A DNA stretch of 64,000 nt from an uncultured Nitrososphaerota archaeon (GTDB lineage Archaea > Thermoproteota > Nitrososphaeria > Nitrososphaerales > CADDZS01): positions 64,001-128,000 of the forward strand of contig CAWCYI010000001.1 of NCBI GenBank assembly GCA_963799845.1, read 5' to 3'. Every line of letters begins with the position of its first letter. Positions within the stretch are counted from its first letter, which is position 1. The notes below the pieces were generated by a model that had not been told where the DNA came from, made no database searches, and saw only the letters and a program-made list of their open reading frames with translations. Shown one piece after another: positions 1 to 9,580 of this stretch. A program made the translations under genes and the position numbers.

Positions 1-441
1 CTTGAACAGAAAATCGAGGGTATCCTTGGTGATTACCTCCCATCCATACCCCTATTCTATCAAGACTTCATCTGGGGATTTAACAGAGCAGACTTTGGCG
101 GATGGCCGACTGCGCCTAGTTCGTTCGAATTGCCGGGAGCAGTGTTCAACCTAACTGCGCTTGCTGACGTCTACCAGATCTCCTCGCAGAGTTCGGGCGC
201 GTCAACCGTGACGACCACCGCCAGTCCAACTACTGCTACGGTGATAGTCACGGCGACAGGCAGTACGGCCACCGCGACCAGCTCCGTTCCCGTCACAGTA
301 AGTGCAACAACGACTGCAGTAGTGACTACGACAGCTACTACTTCAACAAGCTCAAACACCGCTCTGTATGCCGCGCTTGCTGTAATCGTGGTGATCATCG
401 TGATCGCCGCGGCAGTAATGGCCACACGTCGAAAGAGGTAG
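1..441 (+). CDS. ABC peptide/nickel-family substrate-binding protein, C-terminal part (truncated by window start)
   Basis: Frame +1 is open from base 1 (LEQKIEGILGDYLPSIPLFY...FGGWP), then a Thr/Ser-rich linker, TM helix and RRKR tail typical of archaeal anchored SBPs; directly upstream of dppBCDF-like genes. Confidence 0.85.
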   Translation, partial: LEQKIEGILGDYLPSIPLFYQDFIWGFNRADFGGWPTAPSSFELPGAVFNLTALADVYQISSQSSGASTVTTTASPTTATVIVTATGSTATATSSVPVTVSATTTAVVTTTATTSTSSNTALYAALAVIVVIIVIAAAVMATRRKR

Positions 442-445
442 CTGC

Positions 446-1426
446 ATGCGGCTTCGCGGGGCATACGTTGCCCGGCGAATTCTCTATGCCCTGATTGCCC
501 TGTTCGCGGTCATCGTACTGAACTTTATCATCCCGAGGGCCGTGCCGGGCAACCCAGTCGAGATATTCGCAAATCCACGCGTCCTCCCAGCGATTGAGAC
601 CAAGATACTCACGCAGCGCTTTGGTCTGAATGAACCAGTGTGGGAACAATTCCTTCTTTACCTCCGAGGTATCTTCCAGTGGCCCCCCGATTTCGGCGTA
701 TCGTTCAAGTTCTATCCCACCCCGGTGTGGAACGTCATCATGGCCTATCTTCCTTGGACTTTGCTGCTAGTCGGAATCTCTACAGTTGCGACTGCAGTAC
801 TGGGAATCCTTGTCGGAATATGGACCGGATCGAGGCCGGGGACGAAGACTGACACTGCAGTAACGTCGGTGTCAATGCTCCTTTGGACGATGCCATTTTT
901 TTGGCTCGGGACGATCCTACTCTGGGTCTTTGGACTATACTTTCACTGGTTTCCCCTTGGCGGTACGCAGTCCATCTTTTCTTCGCAGTTCAACTGGTAT
1001 CAGAAAATTGAGGACATCGCCACTCATGCCTTCTTGCCCGCGCTCACTTTGACGCTTGCCGCCTTCGCAGGATATTCGCTCATCATGCGCAATACCCTCG
1101 TCGAAGAGCTCTCCCAGGATTATGTGATAATGTCTGAAGCAAAGGGGTTGAAGCACTGGCAGATCGTCATGAAACATGCAGCGAGGAATGCGATGCTGCC
1201 GATGATCACGCTCATCGGGCTGAATCTGGGCTACGTTGTAAGCGGCGCCCTTCTAGTCGAGGTAGTATTTTCCTATCAGGGAGTCGGGTGGCTAACCTAT
1301 CAGGCTGTTCTGTACCACGATTTCCCTCTCCTACAGGGTCTATTCTTCATACTCTCGGTGACGGTGATTCTTGCAAATTTGTTCGCCGATCTTTTGTACG
1401 TCTCGTTTGATCCCAGGATCAAATAG
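446..1426 (+). CDS. dppB: ABC peptide transporter permease (DppB/OppB family)
   Basis: PGNP N-terminal motif, EAA-like loop (AKGL...HAARNAMLP), ends DPRIK. Confidence 0.93.
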   Translation: MRLRGAYVARRILYALIALFAVIVLNFIIPRAVPGNPVEIFANPRVLPAIETKILTQRFGLNEPVWEQFLLYLRGIFQWPPDFGVSFKFYPTPVWNVIMAYLPWTLLLVGISTVATAVLGILVGIWTGSRPGTKTDTAVTSVSMLLWTMPFFWLGTILLWVFGLYFHWFPLGGTQSIFSSQFNWYQKIEDIATHAFLPALTLTLAAFAGYSLIMRNTLVEELSQDYVIMSEAKGLKHWQIVMKHAARNAMLPMITLIGLNLGYVVSGALLVEVVFSYQGVGWLTYQAVLYHDFPLLQGLFFILSVTVILANLFADLLYVSFDPRIK

Positions 1427-1444
1427 TTTCGGAAGAGATCAGTC

Positions 1445-2293
1445 ATGGTTTTTGATCAGTTGCTCAATTATCTGAGAAAAATCAGACATGAAAAAAGGGC
1501 CATGGTGGGCCTTGGGATCATCGGGGCATTTACGATACTTGCAATTTTCGCGCCATTGATCGCGCCGTACCGTCCAGATAAAGCGGTGTCGACTCCTTAC
1601 GCTCCTCCAAATCTGAAAGACTGGTTGGGAACCGACAACTTGGGGCAGGACGTTTTGAGTCAGATAATCTACGGATCTCGGATCAGTTTGCTGGTGGGGC
1701 TCGTCGTCGCCCTGGCAGCCACTTTCATTGGGACCATCGTGGGAGTGCTCTCCGGATTCTACCGAGGCGCAACGGATCAGGGATTGATGCGGTTCACTGA
1801 TGTCATGCTAGTACTGCCACAGCTGCCGCTGATGATCATACTCGCGGCCTATCTTGGACCGAGCGACAACTCAATCATCATAGTTCTCACGTTGACTTCC
1901 TGGCCCCTCGTTGCGAGACTAATACGTTCGCAAACTCTTTCGCTTCGAGAGCGTCCATTTACGGATGCTTCGCGAGTTATCGGATCGAGCAACACCAGGA
2001 TAATCTTCAAGGTAATCATCCCCAATCTCCTGACTCTGATAGCCGCGAATGTTGTGCTGATGATTACGACCGCAGTTGTGGGGGAAGCTGGACTCGATTT
2101 CATCGGGCTGGGGAATCCAAGCGTCGTTAGCTGGGGCACGATGCTTTACTGGGCTCAGGCATATGCGCTGTTCAATGGAGCTTGGTGGTGGGTGCTCGCG
2201 CCGGGGCTCTGCATTGCGTTTTTGGGACTCGGCGCAGTACTAGTAAGCTTGAGCATCGAGAACGTTTTCAATCCGAGACTGAGAGCAAGATGA
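1445..2293 (+). CDS. dppC: ABC peptide transporter permease (DppC/OppC family)
   Basis: LGTDNLGQDVLSQIIYGSRISL, SWGTML and NPRLR motifs. Confidence 0.93.
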   Translation: MVFDQLLNYLRKIRHEKRAMVGLGIIGAFTILAIFAPLIAPYRPDKAVSTPYAPPNLKDWLGTDNLGQDVLSQIIYGSRISLLVGLVVALAATFIGTIVGVLSGFYRGATDQGLMRFTDVMLVLPQLPLMIILAAYLGPSDNSIIIVLTLTSWPLVARLIRSQTLSLRERPFTDASRVIGSSNTRIIFKVIIPNLLTLIAANVVLMITTAVVGEAGLDFIGLGNPSVVSWGTMLYWAQAYALFNGAWWWVLAPGLCIAFLGLGAVLVSLSIENVFNPRLRAR

Positions 2294-3243
2294 GCTTACT
2301 ATCGGTTTCTGATCTTAGCATCGAATACTCTGCTCCGCCGGGTTTTGTCAGGGCAGTAGATCGCGTTTCGTTTAACTTGGAAGAGAGCGAAGTTCTCGGA
2401 ATTGCTGGTGAATCCGGCTGTGGCAAGACGACGGCTGCCCTATCCCTTCTGAGGATACTGCCAAAGTCTGCCAGAGTGGAGGGGAGCGTACTTTTCAACC
2501 AAGAGGAGGTCCTCGCCATGGAGGATTCGCGGTTGAGGGAGTACAGGTGGAAAGATGTCGCGCTCGTCCCCCAAAGCTCGATGAACGCATTTGATCCAGT
2601 CATCACGATCGGCGCGCAGATTGTTGAAGCGATCCGGATTCACGAGAAGGTCGAAAAGAGCGTGGCGTGGGACAGGGCTGGAGATTTGCTGGAAAGTGTG
2701 GGAATAAATCGAAATAGGCTTAGGCACTATCCTCATGAGTTCAGTGGAGGAATGCGCCAGAGAGCCGCGATCGCGATGGCGCTTTCACTCAGCCCCAAGG
2801 TCGTCATCCTCGATGAACCGACGACGGCTCTCGATGTTGTCACTCAGCGTCAGATACTGAACCTGCTTCGGAGGTTGAGGACCAAACTCAAAGTCTCGTT
2901 CATCTTCATAACGCACGATCTTTCAATTTTAGGCGAGCTTTCCGACAGAATAATCGTGATGTACGCCGGAAAAATCGCTGAGATCGGCAAGACCGAAGGA
3001 ATCTTCCGGAATCCCAGCCATCCATATACGAAGGCGCTCTTTTCTTCGGTTCTTCCCGTCCAGGGCCCGCTGCCGAACGTGAAACCGATCGGCGGACTGC
3101 CTCCTAATCTTGCTTCCCTCCCTCACGGCTGCCGCTTTCATCCAAGGTGTCCGTACGCGTTCGATCGATGCTCGCATGAAGAGCCCGAACTCATCAAGGT
3201 GAACGATGACACTGAAGCTTCATGCTTCCTTCTCGAGAAGTGA
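2290..3243 (+). CDS. dppD: ABC peptide transporter ATP-binding protein (DppD/OppD)
   Basis: Walker A GESGCGKT, FSGGMRQR, DEPTTALD, C-terminal CRFHPRC; ATG at 2290 overlaps the dppC stop (ATGA). Confidence 0.93.
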   Translation: MSLLSVSDLSIEYSAPPGFVRAVDRVSFNLEESEVLGIAGESGCGKTTAALSLLRILPKSARVEGSVLFNQEEVLAMEDSRLREYRWKDVALVPQSSMNAFDPVITIGAQIVEAIRIHEKVEKSVAWDRAGDLLESVGINRNRLRHYPHEFSGGMRQRAAIAMALSLSPKVVILDEPTTALDVVTQRQILNLLRRLRTKLKVSFIFITHDLSILGELSDRIIVMYAGKIAEIGKTEGIFRNPSHPYTKALFSSVLPVQGPLPNVKPIGGLPPNLASLPHGCRFHPRCPYAFDRCSHEEPELIKVNDDTEASCFLLEK

Positions 3244-3248
3244 TTTCT

Positions 3249-4232
3249 ATGAGTACCGATGTCATTCTTGACTTATCAGAGTTGGGAGTCGAATTTTCGA
3301 CTCCGACCGGTTTGTTTAGGCGTACTCGAATAAGTGCAGTGGACAAAGTTTCAATCAAGATCAATAGGGGCGAGTCCGTCGGATTTGTGGGAGAAAGTGG
3401 TAGTGGAAAGACAACGATCGCGCGATGCATCGTGAAACTGATCGAGCCCACGTCAGGTCATATCTTCTTCAATGGGCAGGATATCTTCGAACAAAATTCG
3501 CGCGAAAGCAAAGAATATCGCAAACACGTGCAGATGGTTTTTCAGGATCCCTACGAATCCCTCAATCCGCGCTCCAACATTTCGCAGATAGTCGAGGAGC
3601 CGTTAATCGTTCACCGCATCTCCCCTGACAAAGAAAGTAGGAGGGAGAGGATCAACGAACTCCTTTCGCTCGTGGGCCTCGAAAAAGATCTGGCAAAGCG
3701 TTATCCGCACGAGCTCAGCGGCGGACAGCGGCAGCGAGTCTCCATCGCCAGGGCTCTTGCAGTGAATCCCGACGTTCTTGTGGCAGATGAGCCCGTGTCG
3801 ATGCTTGATGTCTCAATCAGAGTGGGAATCCTGAATCTCTTGAAGGACCTCAAGAAATCCTTGAATCTGACATTCGTCTTCATCACCCATGACCTGGGGG
3901 TCGCTCGCTACTTTTGCGACCGAGTGGCAGTGATTTACCGAGGACAGATAATGGAAGTCGCGGGCACTGAGGCGCTCATTTCGGAGACGCGGAACCCTTA
4001 CACAAAGCTGCTCTTGGATTCGGTGCCTGGCAACAGGGAGGAAGGAGAGGCAAGTGCGAAGGATGAAGCAGAGTGGGCGGATGGAAAGGGACAGTCGTCT
4101 GTTGCGCCCAGTGGCTGCCGATTCAATCCACGCTGCCCGAACGCGAAGGAGCAGTGCACGACGGTTCCACCACCACTTGAAGCTTTGGGAGAAAAACACT
4201 ACGTAGCCTGTTACTATCCGCTGAGCCCCTGA
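3249..4232 (+). CDS. dppF: ABC peptide transporter ATP-binding protein (DppF/OppF)
   Basis: GESGSGKT, LSGGQRQR, DEPVSMLD, CRFNPRC. Confidence 0.93.
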   Translation: MSTDVILDLSELGVEFSTPTGLFRRTRISAVDKVSIKINRGESVGFVGESGSGKTTIARCIVKLIEPTSGHIFFNGQDIFEQNSRESKEYRKHVQMVFQDPYESLNPRSNISQIVEEPLIVHRISPDKESRRERINELLSLVGLEKDLAKRYPHELSGGQRQRVSIARALAVNPDVLVADEPVSMLDVSIRVGILNLLKDLKKSLNLTFVFITHDLGVARYFCDRVAVIYRGQIMEVAGTEALISETRNPYTKLLLDSVPGNREEGEASAKDEAEWADGKGQSSVAPSGCRFNPRCPNAKEQCTTVPPPLEALGEKHYVACYYPLSP

Positions 4233-4483
4233 TGTAAGACTTCGTGATTTGAAAAAGAGGCCGAAGTCGTCGATACTTGCATGACAGAAATAATTTGCTT
4301 TTGTAACATTGAATCAAGCCGTTTCGATGCAACAGAGCTTGAAACGAGCTCTTCGGTACGCAGAATTGCGCCCCCGTGTAGAAAAGGGGGAAAATTGCAT
4401 AATAAATCAATGAAAACATAACAATGGCTTTAGGAATGACGGTCTATAAATACGAGAAGAGGTCATACTCCGGATTTCCAAAC

Positions 4484-5731
4484 TCAGAGTTCGAACTTGT
4501 CGTTTAGGGCATATTCGGAGGCGACCTTCTCGTCGAGCTCGATTCCCAGACCTGGCTCGTCCGTCATTGAAATGAAACCCGATTCTATCACGTTTTTCTT
4601 TTTGGCCAGCTTTGCCCAGATTGGCACGTCGTGTCCGTGAAATTCGAGAACTCCAAAATTCGGGACTGAAGCTGCAACGTGCGCGTGGGCCACAGTTCCG
4701 ATCGGACTGCCTATGTTGTGAGGAGACAGCACCATCTCCTTGATCTGAGCCATCTGAGCTATCAGTCTCGTTTCCATCAGACCGCCCGCTTTCATGGCGT
4801 CGGGTGTCACGATCCGCATCCTCGTCGAAAGGAGAGGGAGAAATTCGTACCTTCCGTAGAGGTTCTCGCCGGTCGCGATCGGAGTACTCGTCGCTGTGGC
4901 AACGAGATCAATCAGTGAAGGATCCCCAGGAGGTACGGGATCTTCGAGCCACATGACGTGGTATGGTTCGATGGCCTTCGCGAGTCCGATCGAAGATTGA
5001 ACGTTGTACTTCCAGTGCAGGTCGAACAGAATGTCGATCTCATCGCCCACTGCTTCTCTGACCGCGGCGACGAGCTCCGAAAGGTATCTGGTCTCGCCGT
5101 TCGTCAACGATCCTGACGATAGATTATATTGTTGAGTGAAAGGAGTCGGAACATCGAGATCGAATTTTATCGCGGTAAAGCCCTCGTTTTTCATCGCCCT
5201 TGCGCGCGAAGCGTATGCCTTTGGTGTGAATTCATCCGAATGCTTTCCGGTCGTCATCCGGCCGTGGATCGGCTCGCTTTCGGATGGTTTCTTTTGCCTG
5301 CCCGGCATCCACTTCGGCCTCGTCGGCAGTAGAACCGAATCTATTGCTTCGAGCGATTTGCCGGCGTGCGTATCTACATAGATTCTGATCTTGTCCCGCA
5401 ATTTTCCCCCGAGTAAGGAGTAGACCGGAGCTTCGCGGTATTTTCCAACGAGATCCCACAGGGCGGTCTCTATTGCCGAAATTGCATGAAAGTTCACTCC
5501 CGAAAAACCGGAAGGCACTGAAGCCCAGTACATCTTTTCGAACAGTCTGTTGATTTCGAGAGCGTCCTCCCCAATCAACAACCGCCCGAACTGCCTTACC
5601 ACGCCTTCGAGTTCCGGAGCGTAGAAGCCCTCTCCGGTTCCGTATAATTCGCCAGCGTAGACCCTGGCGAAGACCCAGTGATAATTTCCTTCCACGGTTG
5701 CGGAGGTGACCTTGGTGATTTTCAGCGGCAT
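4484..5731 (-). CDS. Mandelate racemase/enolase-superfamily sugar-acid dehydratase (gluconate/xylonate dehydratase-like)
   Basis: KFDLDVP, metal ligands in FDLHW / WLEDP / GEN, HNIGSPIG, PGLGIELD. Confidence 0.85.
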   Translation of the reverse strand: MPLKITKVTSATVEGNYHWVFARVYAGELYGTGEGFYAPELEGVVRQFGRLLIGEDALEINRLFEKMYWASVPSGFSGVNFHAISAIETALWDLVGKYREAPVYSLLGGKLRDKIRIYVDTHAGKSLEAIDSVLLPTRPKWMPGRQKKPSESEPIHGRMTTGKHSDEFTPKAYASRARAMKNEGFTAIKFDLDVPTPFTQQYNLSSGSLTNGETRYLSELVAAVREAVGDEIDILFDLHWKYNVQSSIGLAKAIEPYHVMWLEDPVPPGDPSLIDLVATATSTPIATGENLYGRYEFLPLLSTRMRIVTPDAMKAGGLMETRLIAQMAQIKEMVLSPHNIGSPIGTVAHAHVAASVPNFGVLEFHGHDVPIWAKLAKKKNVIESGFISMTDEPGLGIELDEKVASEYALNDKFEL

Positions 5732-5868
5732 GTGTGGAGACACGAAATTTTCGAGCTTGAAAAGCATATTCTAGGGAAATCCTAGTTTACTCCTCACGGT
5801 TGACCCGGGGCTAATCGTTTAATGCGCTCGAATAATCTCATACAACAATTTCTCGAGGAACGATTGAT

Positions 5869-6900
5869 TTGAAAGCGGTCGTCAAGAAGCAGAGGGGAGA
5901 CGGGTTTGTCGAACTCCTTGATGTCGCTGAGCCGATCATAAGCGATAACGATGTACTTCTAGAAGTCAATGCAGCGGGGATCTGTGGCAGCGATCTAATG
6001 ATACTGCACGACTTTTTTCCCGGATACAATGTCCCGGTGATCTTAGGACACGAGTTCGCTGGGGTCGCCAAAGAGGTTGGAGGGAAAGTCACTCGAATTT
6101 CGCCCGGAGACAGGATCGTCAGCGAGACACATGCTTACATTTGTGGCAACTGCACATATTGCAAGTCTGGGTTGTACAATCTATGTTATTCGAGAAAGGG
6201 ATTCGGTTATGGACTAGATGGGGCGTTTACAAAGTATGTTAAGGTAAGAGAGCCCATTATTCACAAGCTACCGGATACAATCGGCTTGGATGAAGCAGCC
6301 GTCTTGGAACCGCTGGCAGTGGCAGTAAATGCTCTAACTCGAAATGGGAGGATCGCAGTCGGGGATTCTGTCCTGATTATCGGACCCGGCCCGATCGGAC
6401 TCCTGGCACTTCAAATTGCCAAACTCAGTGGAGCCAAAAGTGTGACAGTAGTTGGAACCGAGAGAAGCAGGAAAAGGCTTGACATTGCGTTGAAGCTTGG
6501 GGCAGACTCTATACTAATAGATCAGGAGCTTAATGATGGACTGTCTAGATCGACAGGAGGGAACTCAGATTCGTTTGAAGTGGCAATTGTCACGACGGGC
6601 GCTCCGACCTCTTTCGAACCCGCGCTCCGAGCGGTGCGAAAGGCAGGAACTGTAATTCACATCGGAGAGTCAACGAAACAGGCTTCGTTCCAGTTTTCTC
6701 TGATCGAGAAGAAAAATCTCACCGTGCAGGGTTCGTTCAGCCACAACTGGCCGATATGGGAAAAGGCAATTTCGCTAGTAGAGAACAAGAAAGTCGACTT
6801 GTCCTCCATGATTACACATAAAGTGAAGCTGGACGATTGGCGCAAGGGCTTTGATCTCGCAGAGAATAGAGAGGGTCTCAAAGTTTTGATCAAACCATAA
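5869..6900 (+). CDS. Zn-dependent medium-chain dehydrogenase (sorbitol/threonine DH-like)
   Basis: GICGSD, GHEFAG, CxxCxxC(7)C structural Zn site, GPGPIG Rossmann motif. Confidence 0.9.
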   Translation: MKAVVKKQRGDGFVELLDVAEPIISDNDVLLEVNAAGICGSDLMILHDFFPGYNVPVILGHEFAGVAKEVGGKVTRISPGDRIVSETHAYICGNCTYCKSGLYNLCYSRKGFGYGLDGAFTKYVKVREPIIHKLPDTIGLDEAAVLEPLAVAVNALTRNGRIAVGDSVLIIGPGPIGLLALQIAKLSGAKSVTVVGTERSRKRLDIALKLGADSILIDQELNDGLSRSTGGNSDSFEVAIVTTGAPTSFEPALRAVRKAGTVIHIGESTKQASFQFSLIEKKNLTVQGSFSHNWPIWEKAISLVENKKVDLSSMITHKVKLDDWRKGFDLAENREGLKVLIKP

Positions 6901-6939
6901 ATCATCCGGATGGTTTGAGATTATAGCGGTAGCGAGATA

Positions 6940-8298
6940 TTGCAAGAATCAACCCACGACACTTCGAGCGTTGAACACCTGTTCCTGGATTTTATGCAGA
7001 TGAAAGAGTTTGCCAAAAATCCGCTGATCATGAAAAGCGCGAAGGGCGTCTGGTACGAGGATGTAAACGGGAAAAAGTACCTTGACGGTCTCTCTGGAAT
7101 TTTCACAGTAAACTGCGGTCACGGTAATCGGAGAATAATTGAAGCCATCAAAAATCAACTTGAGACACTTAGTTTCGCACCGCCGCTGCATTCAACCAAT
7201 GTGAACGCGCTAACCCTACGAGATTTGATAGTAAGCGTCACCCCCGACGATCTACGCACAGTCAAACTGTTGAGCGGAGGATCTGAATCAACTGAGGCCG
7301 CAATGAAGCTCGCGCGGCAATACCACAAACAGACCGGCAACCCGGGCAAGTACAAGGTCATATCAAGATATGAAGGGTACCACGGCGCAACGATGGGTGC
7401 TCTAGCAGCATCTGGAGTTGCGAAGCGCAAGACCGCCTTCGAGCCGTTCGGTCCCGGTTACATCAAAGTGTTCCCGCCAACCTGCTATCGCTGCCCTTAC
7501 AAACTCGAGTATCCTGTATGCGGAATCTTTTGTGTCCAGATAATTGAAAACGTGATCAAACAGGAAGATCCGTCCACCGTGGCATCTCTAATTGTTGAAC
7601 CGATCGGAAACACCGGAGGAATAATCACTCCGCCGCAGGAATACTTTACCATCCTTCGAGAGATTTGCGACAAGTACAATATCTTGCTCATCTTCGACGA
7701 AATCATAACAGGATTTGGAAGGACCGGTGAGATGTTTGCCTCACAGACTTTCAACACGACTCCCGACATCATCTGCATGGGCAAGGGAATGTCCAGCGGT
7801 TACGCCCCAATCGGCGGGATTGCTTTCAAAGACACTGTCGCGGAGGCATTTCTGGGCAAGGAGGAGCAGAAAGTCCAGTTCAATCACGGACATACGTTCG
7901 GTGGAAATCCTCTTTCATGCGCTGCCGCGATCGCAAGCATCACCGAGATCAGGGAGAGAGACCTTCCGAGAAGAGCGCGCGAAAGCGGAGCCATTGTTTG
8001 GAAAAGACTCGAAGAGCTAAGGGATAAAGTTGGCATTATCGGTGATATTCGCGGTAAAGGCCTGCTTATCGGGATTGAATTTGTAAAGGATGTCAGGACG
8101 AAGGAACAGTTCCCCGACAGTGTAAGTTTTGGTCTGCAGGTTGGAAAGGCCGCGCTGAGGCACGGACTGATTATTAGGGCAGATCCTCACTGGGTCGCCC
8201 TTGCACCCCCCCTAGTGATTGAAAAGGGCGAAATCGATGAGATGATTAATCGTTTCTCTGATAGCGTCCAAGAGGTCTTATCGAGCGTTGGGCGCTAG
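6940..8298 (+). CDS. Class III PLP-dependent aminotransferase (omega-amino acid/BioA-like)
   Basis: SGGSESTEAAMK, YHG, FDEIITGFGRTG, PDIICMGKG (PLP Lys), HGHTFGGNP. Confidence 0.92.
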   Translation: MQESTHDTSSVEHLFLDFMQMKEFAKNPLIMKSAKGVWYEDVNGKKYLDGLSGIFTVNCGHGNRRIIEAIKNQLETLSFAPPLHSTNVNALTLRDLIVSVTPDDLRTVKLLSGGSESTEAAMKLARQYHKQTGNPGKYKVISRYEGYHGATMGALAASGVAKRKTAFEPFGPGYIKVFPPTCYRCPYKLEYPVCGIFCVQIIENVIKQEDPSTVASLIVEPIGNTGGIITPPQEYFTILREICDKYNILLIFDEIITGFGRTGEMFASQTFNTTPDIICMGKGMSSGYAPIGGIAFKDTVAEAFLGKEEQKVQFNHGHTFGGNPLSCAAAIASITEIRERDLPRRARESGAIVWKRLEELRDKVGIIGDIRGKGLLIGIEFVKDVRTKEQFPDSVSFGLQVGKAALRHGLIIRADPHWVALAPPLVIEKGEIDEMINRFSDSVQEVLSSVGR

Positions 8299-8443
8299 AC
8301 ATTCTCGCTAAGATAACAGGATGAAAGTTTCCCTACCCAAATGTAATTCTGGGACCTTTTCCTTAGAAGCCCGGAATTGGAAAAGTAGACACCAAATCAT
8401 AAAGTGCGGTGATCGGTATTCGTGCCTAAAGCGGTTTGATGAT

Positions 8444-8719
8444 CTATTTGTGATCTGGCGGAATATCGGAAGTCGAGTCAGTAGACGACGGCTCACTCGA
8501 TTGACCCGGCTTATCTCTGCTCGGTTTTGGTTCGGATGGATTTGTCTCGTTCGCAGCTTTAGAATCTACCACATCCACCGGGATTCTTTCACGTATCACA
8601 TCACCCCGACTGGTAACCAAATAATCGTACGGGCCATGCCGATATCGGATGAGTTCAGGCAGATATCCTGGAGCGGGTTTCTGATGCGTTATAATGAATT
8701 CGCCAACTGCAATCGGCAC
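8444..8719 (-). CDS. Hypothetical orphan protein
   Basis: 91-aa ATG ORF with low-complexity tail in the relic region next to the integrase stub; no family recognised. Confidence 0.3.
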   Translation of the reverse strand: MPIAVGEFIITHQKPAPGYLPELIRYRHGPYDYLVTSRGDVIRERIPVDVVDSKAANETNPSEPKPSRDKPGQSSEPSSTDSTSDIPPDHK

Positions 8720-9044
8720 CCCGTTGGAAGAAAGAACTTCGCTGCCGAATGAGTCCGTCTTCCAGCCGGAGCTGTTTGTAAGAAAGCGCGCGCGCTAGGA
8801 TGAGAATGGTAAAAAGGGGTTTTCTGTTCAAATCGCATACAAATTTCTCTAATTGCAACTCCCTTTGGGGATTCGAGATTGATGAGTCCGCAAGAACGAT
8901 TTCCCATGAAATTGTCGAACATGTGCGGGAGGTGAAATTTGAACACCAGTTCAGGAGATCCAATTGCTGGTAGTTAAGAAAAGGTTCGATCTATTAGAAA
9001 ACTCTCCCGAATCAATACGGATAGATTTCAACTTCATTCGAAAT

Positions 9045-9233
9045 TCAATAGGAAAACGCTGGATTGGCTTTAGCTCTCGAAGTAAATTCCCTGGCCTGAG
9101 CTTTCATCTCACCTTTAAGCTCAAGATAGTCGAAGAATCGTTTCAGGTCTTTTTCGTATCCCTGTATTGTCAAGGGACTTTTGATAGCGGAGAGAAATTC
9201 AGTCATCGGTTCCAGCTCAAGGACGATTTCCAT
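9045..9233 (-). pseudogene. Tyrosine-recombinase/integrase N-terminal fragment
   Basis: FLSAIKSPLTIQGYEKDLKRFFDYLELKG..AQAREF resembles the core-binding N-terminus of archaeal integrases; stops after 62 aa; lies just downstream of the tRNA-Gly 3' end. Confidence 0.6.
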
Positions 9234-9279
9234 ACACTGAGATAGATAAAATATCCTAATTAGAGACTTGAATCAAGAG

Positions 9280-9432
9280 TGCGGCGACCGGGATTTGAAC
9301 CCGGGTTACCAGCGAACTGCTCTCCACTGATGATCAGCGGAAATTGGCAGGCTGATGTCCTAGACCAGGATTTCCCGCAATTGAGCGCTAAATGTGTGCG
9401 AAAGGGACAAGTTGCGTCTAGACGATCGCCGC
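9280..9432 (-). tRNA. tRNA-Gly(GCC) with two introns (D-loop ~15/16, 48 nt; canonical 37/38, 30 nt)
   Basis: Acceptor GCGGCGA/TCGCCGC-A, T-arm CCGGG-TTCAAAT-CCCGG, anticodon arm TCAGC-CTGCCA|C-GCTGG. Exons 9432-9418, 9369-9345, 9314-9280 join to a 75-nt cloverleaf; the 37/38 intron forms a clean bulge-helix-bulge. Confidence 0.9.
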
Positions 9433-9580
9433 GTCGAAACCACACAATCGTCTAACCGTTAATAAACCAATATCCGATCTGAAACTTTTACCGAGACAAA
9501 ATATTTTCTGAGAATTCTTGCCAGTATTGAAAACGTCAAAAAACACTTTTATCAAGTGTGCAAGAGAAGTGAAATATTGT

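Noticed and set aside
4233-4483. Possible ncRNA (hairpin AGAGCTTG-AAA-CGAGCTCT and CCCCC/GGGGG)
   Set aside because: No recognisable family or box motifs; may simply be termination structures between convergent genes
8321-9245. ORFs 8321-8752, 8655-8963 and 8964-9245 as the rest of an integrase
   Set aside because: No catalytic R...HxxR...Y residues; composition looks non-coding
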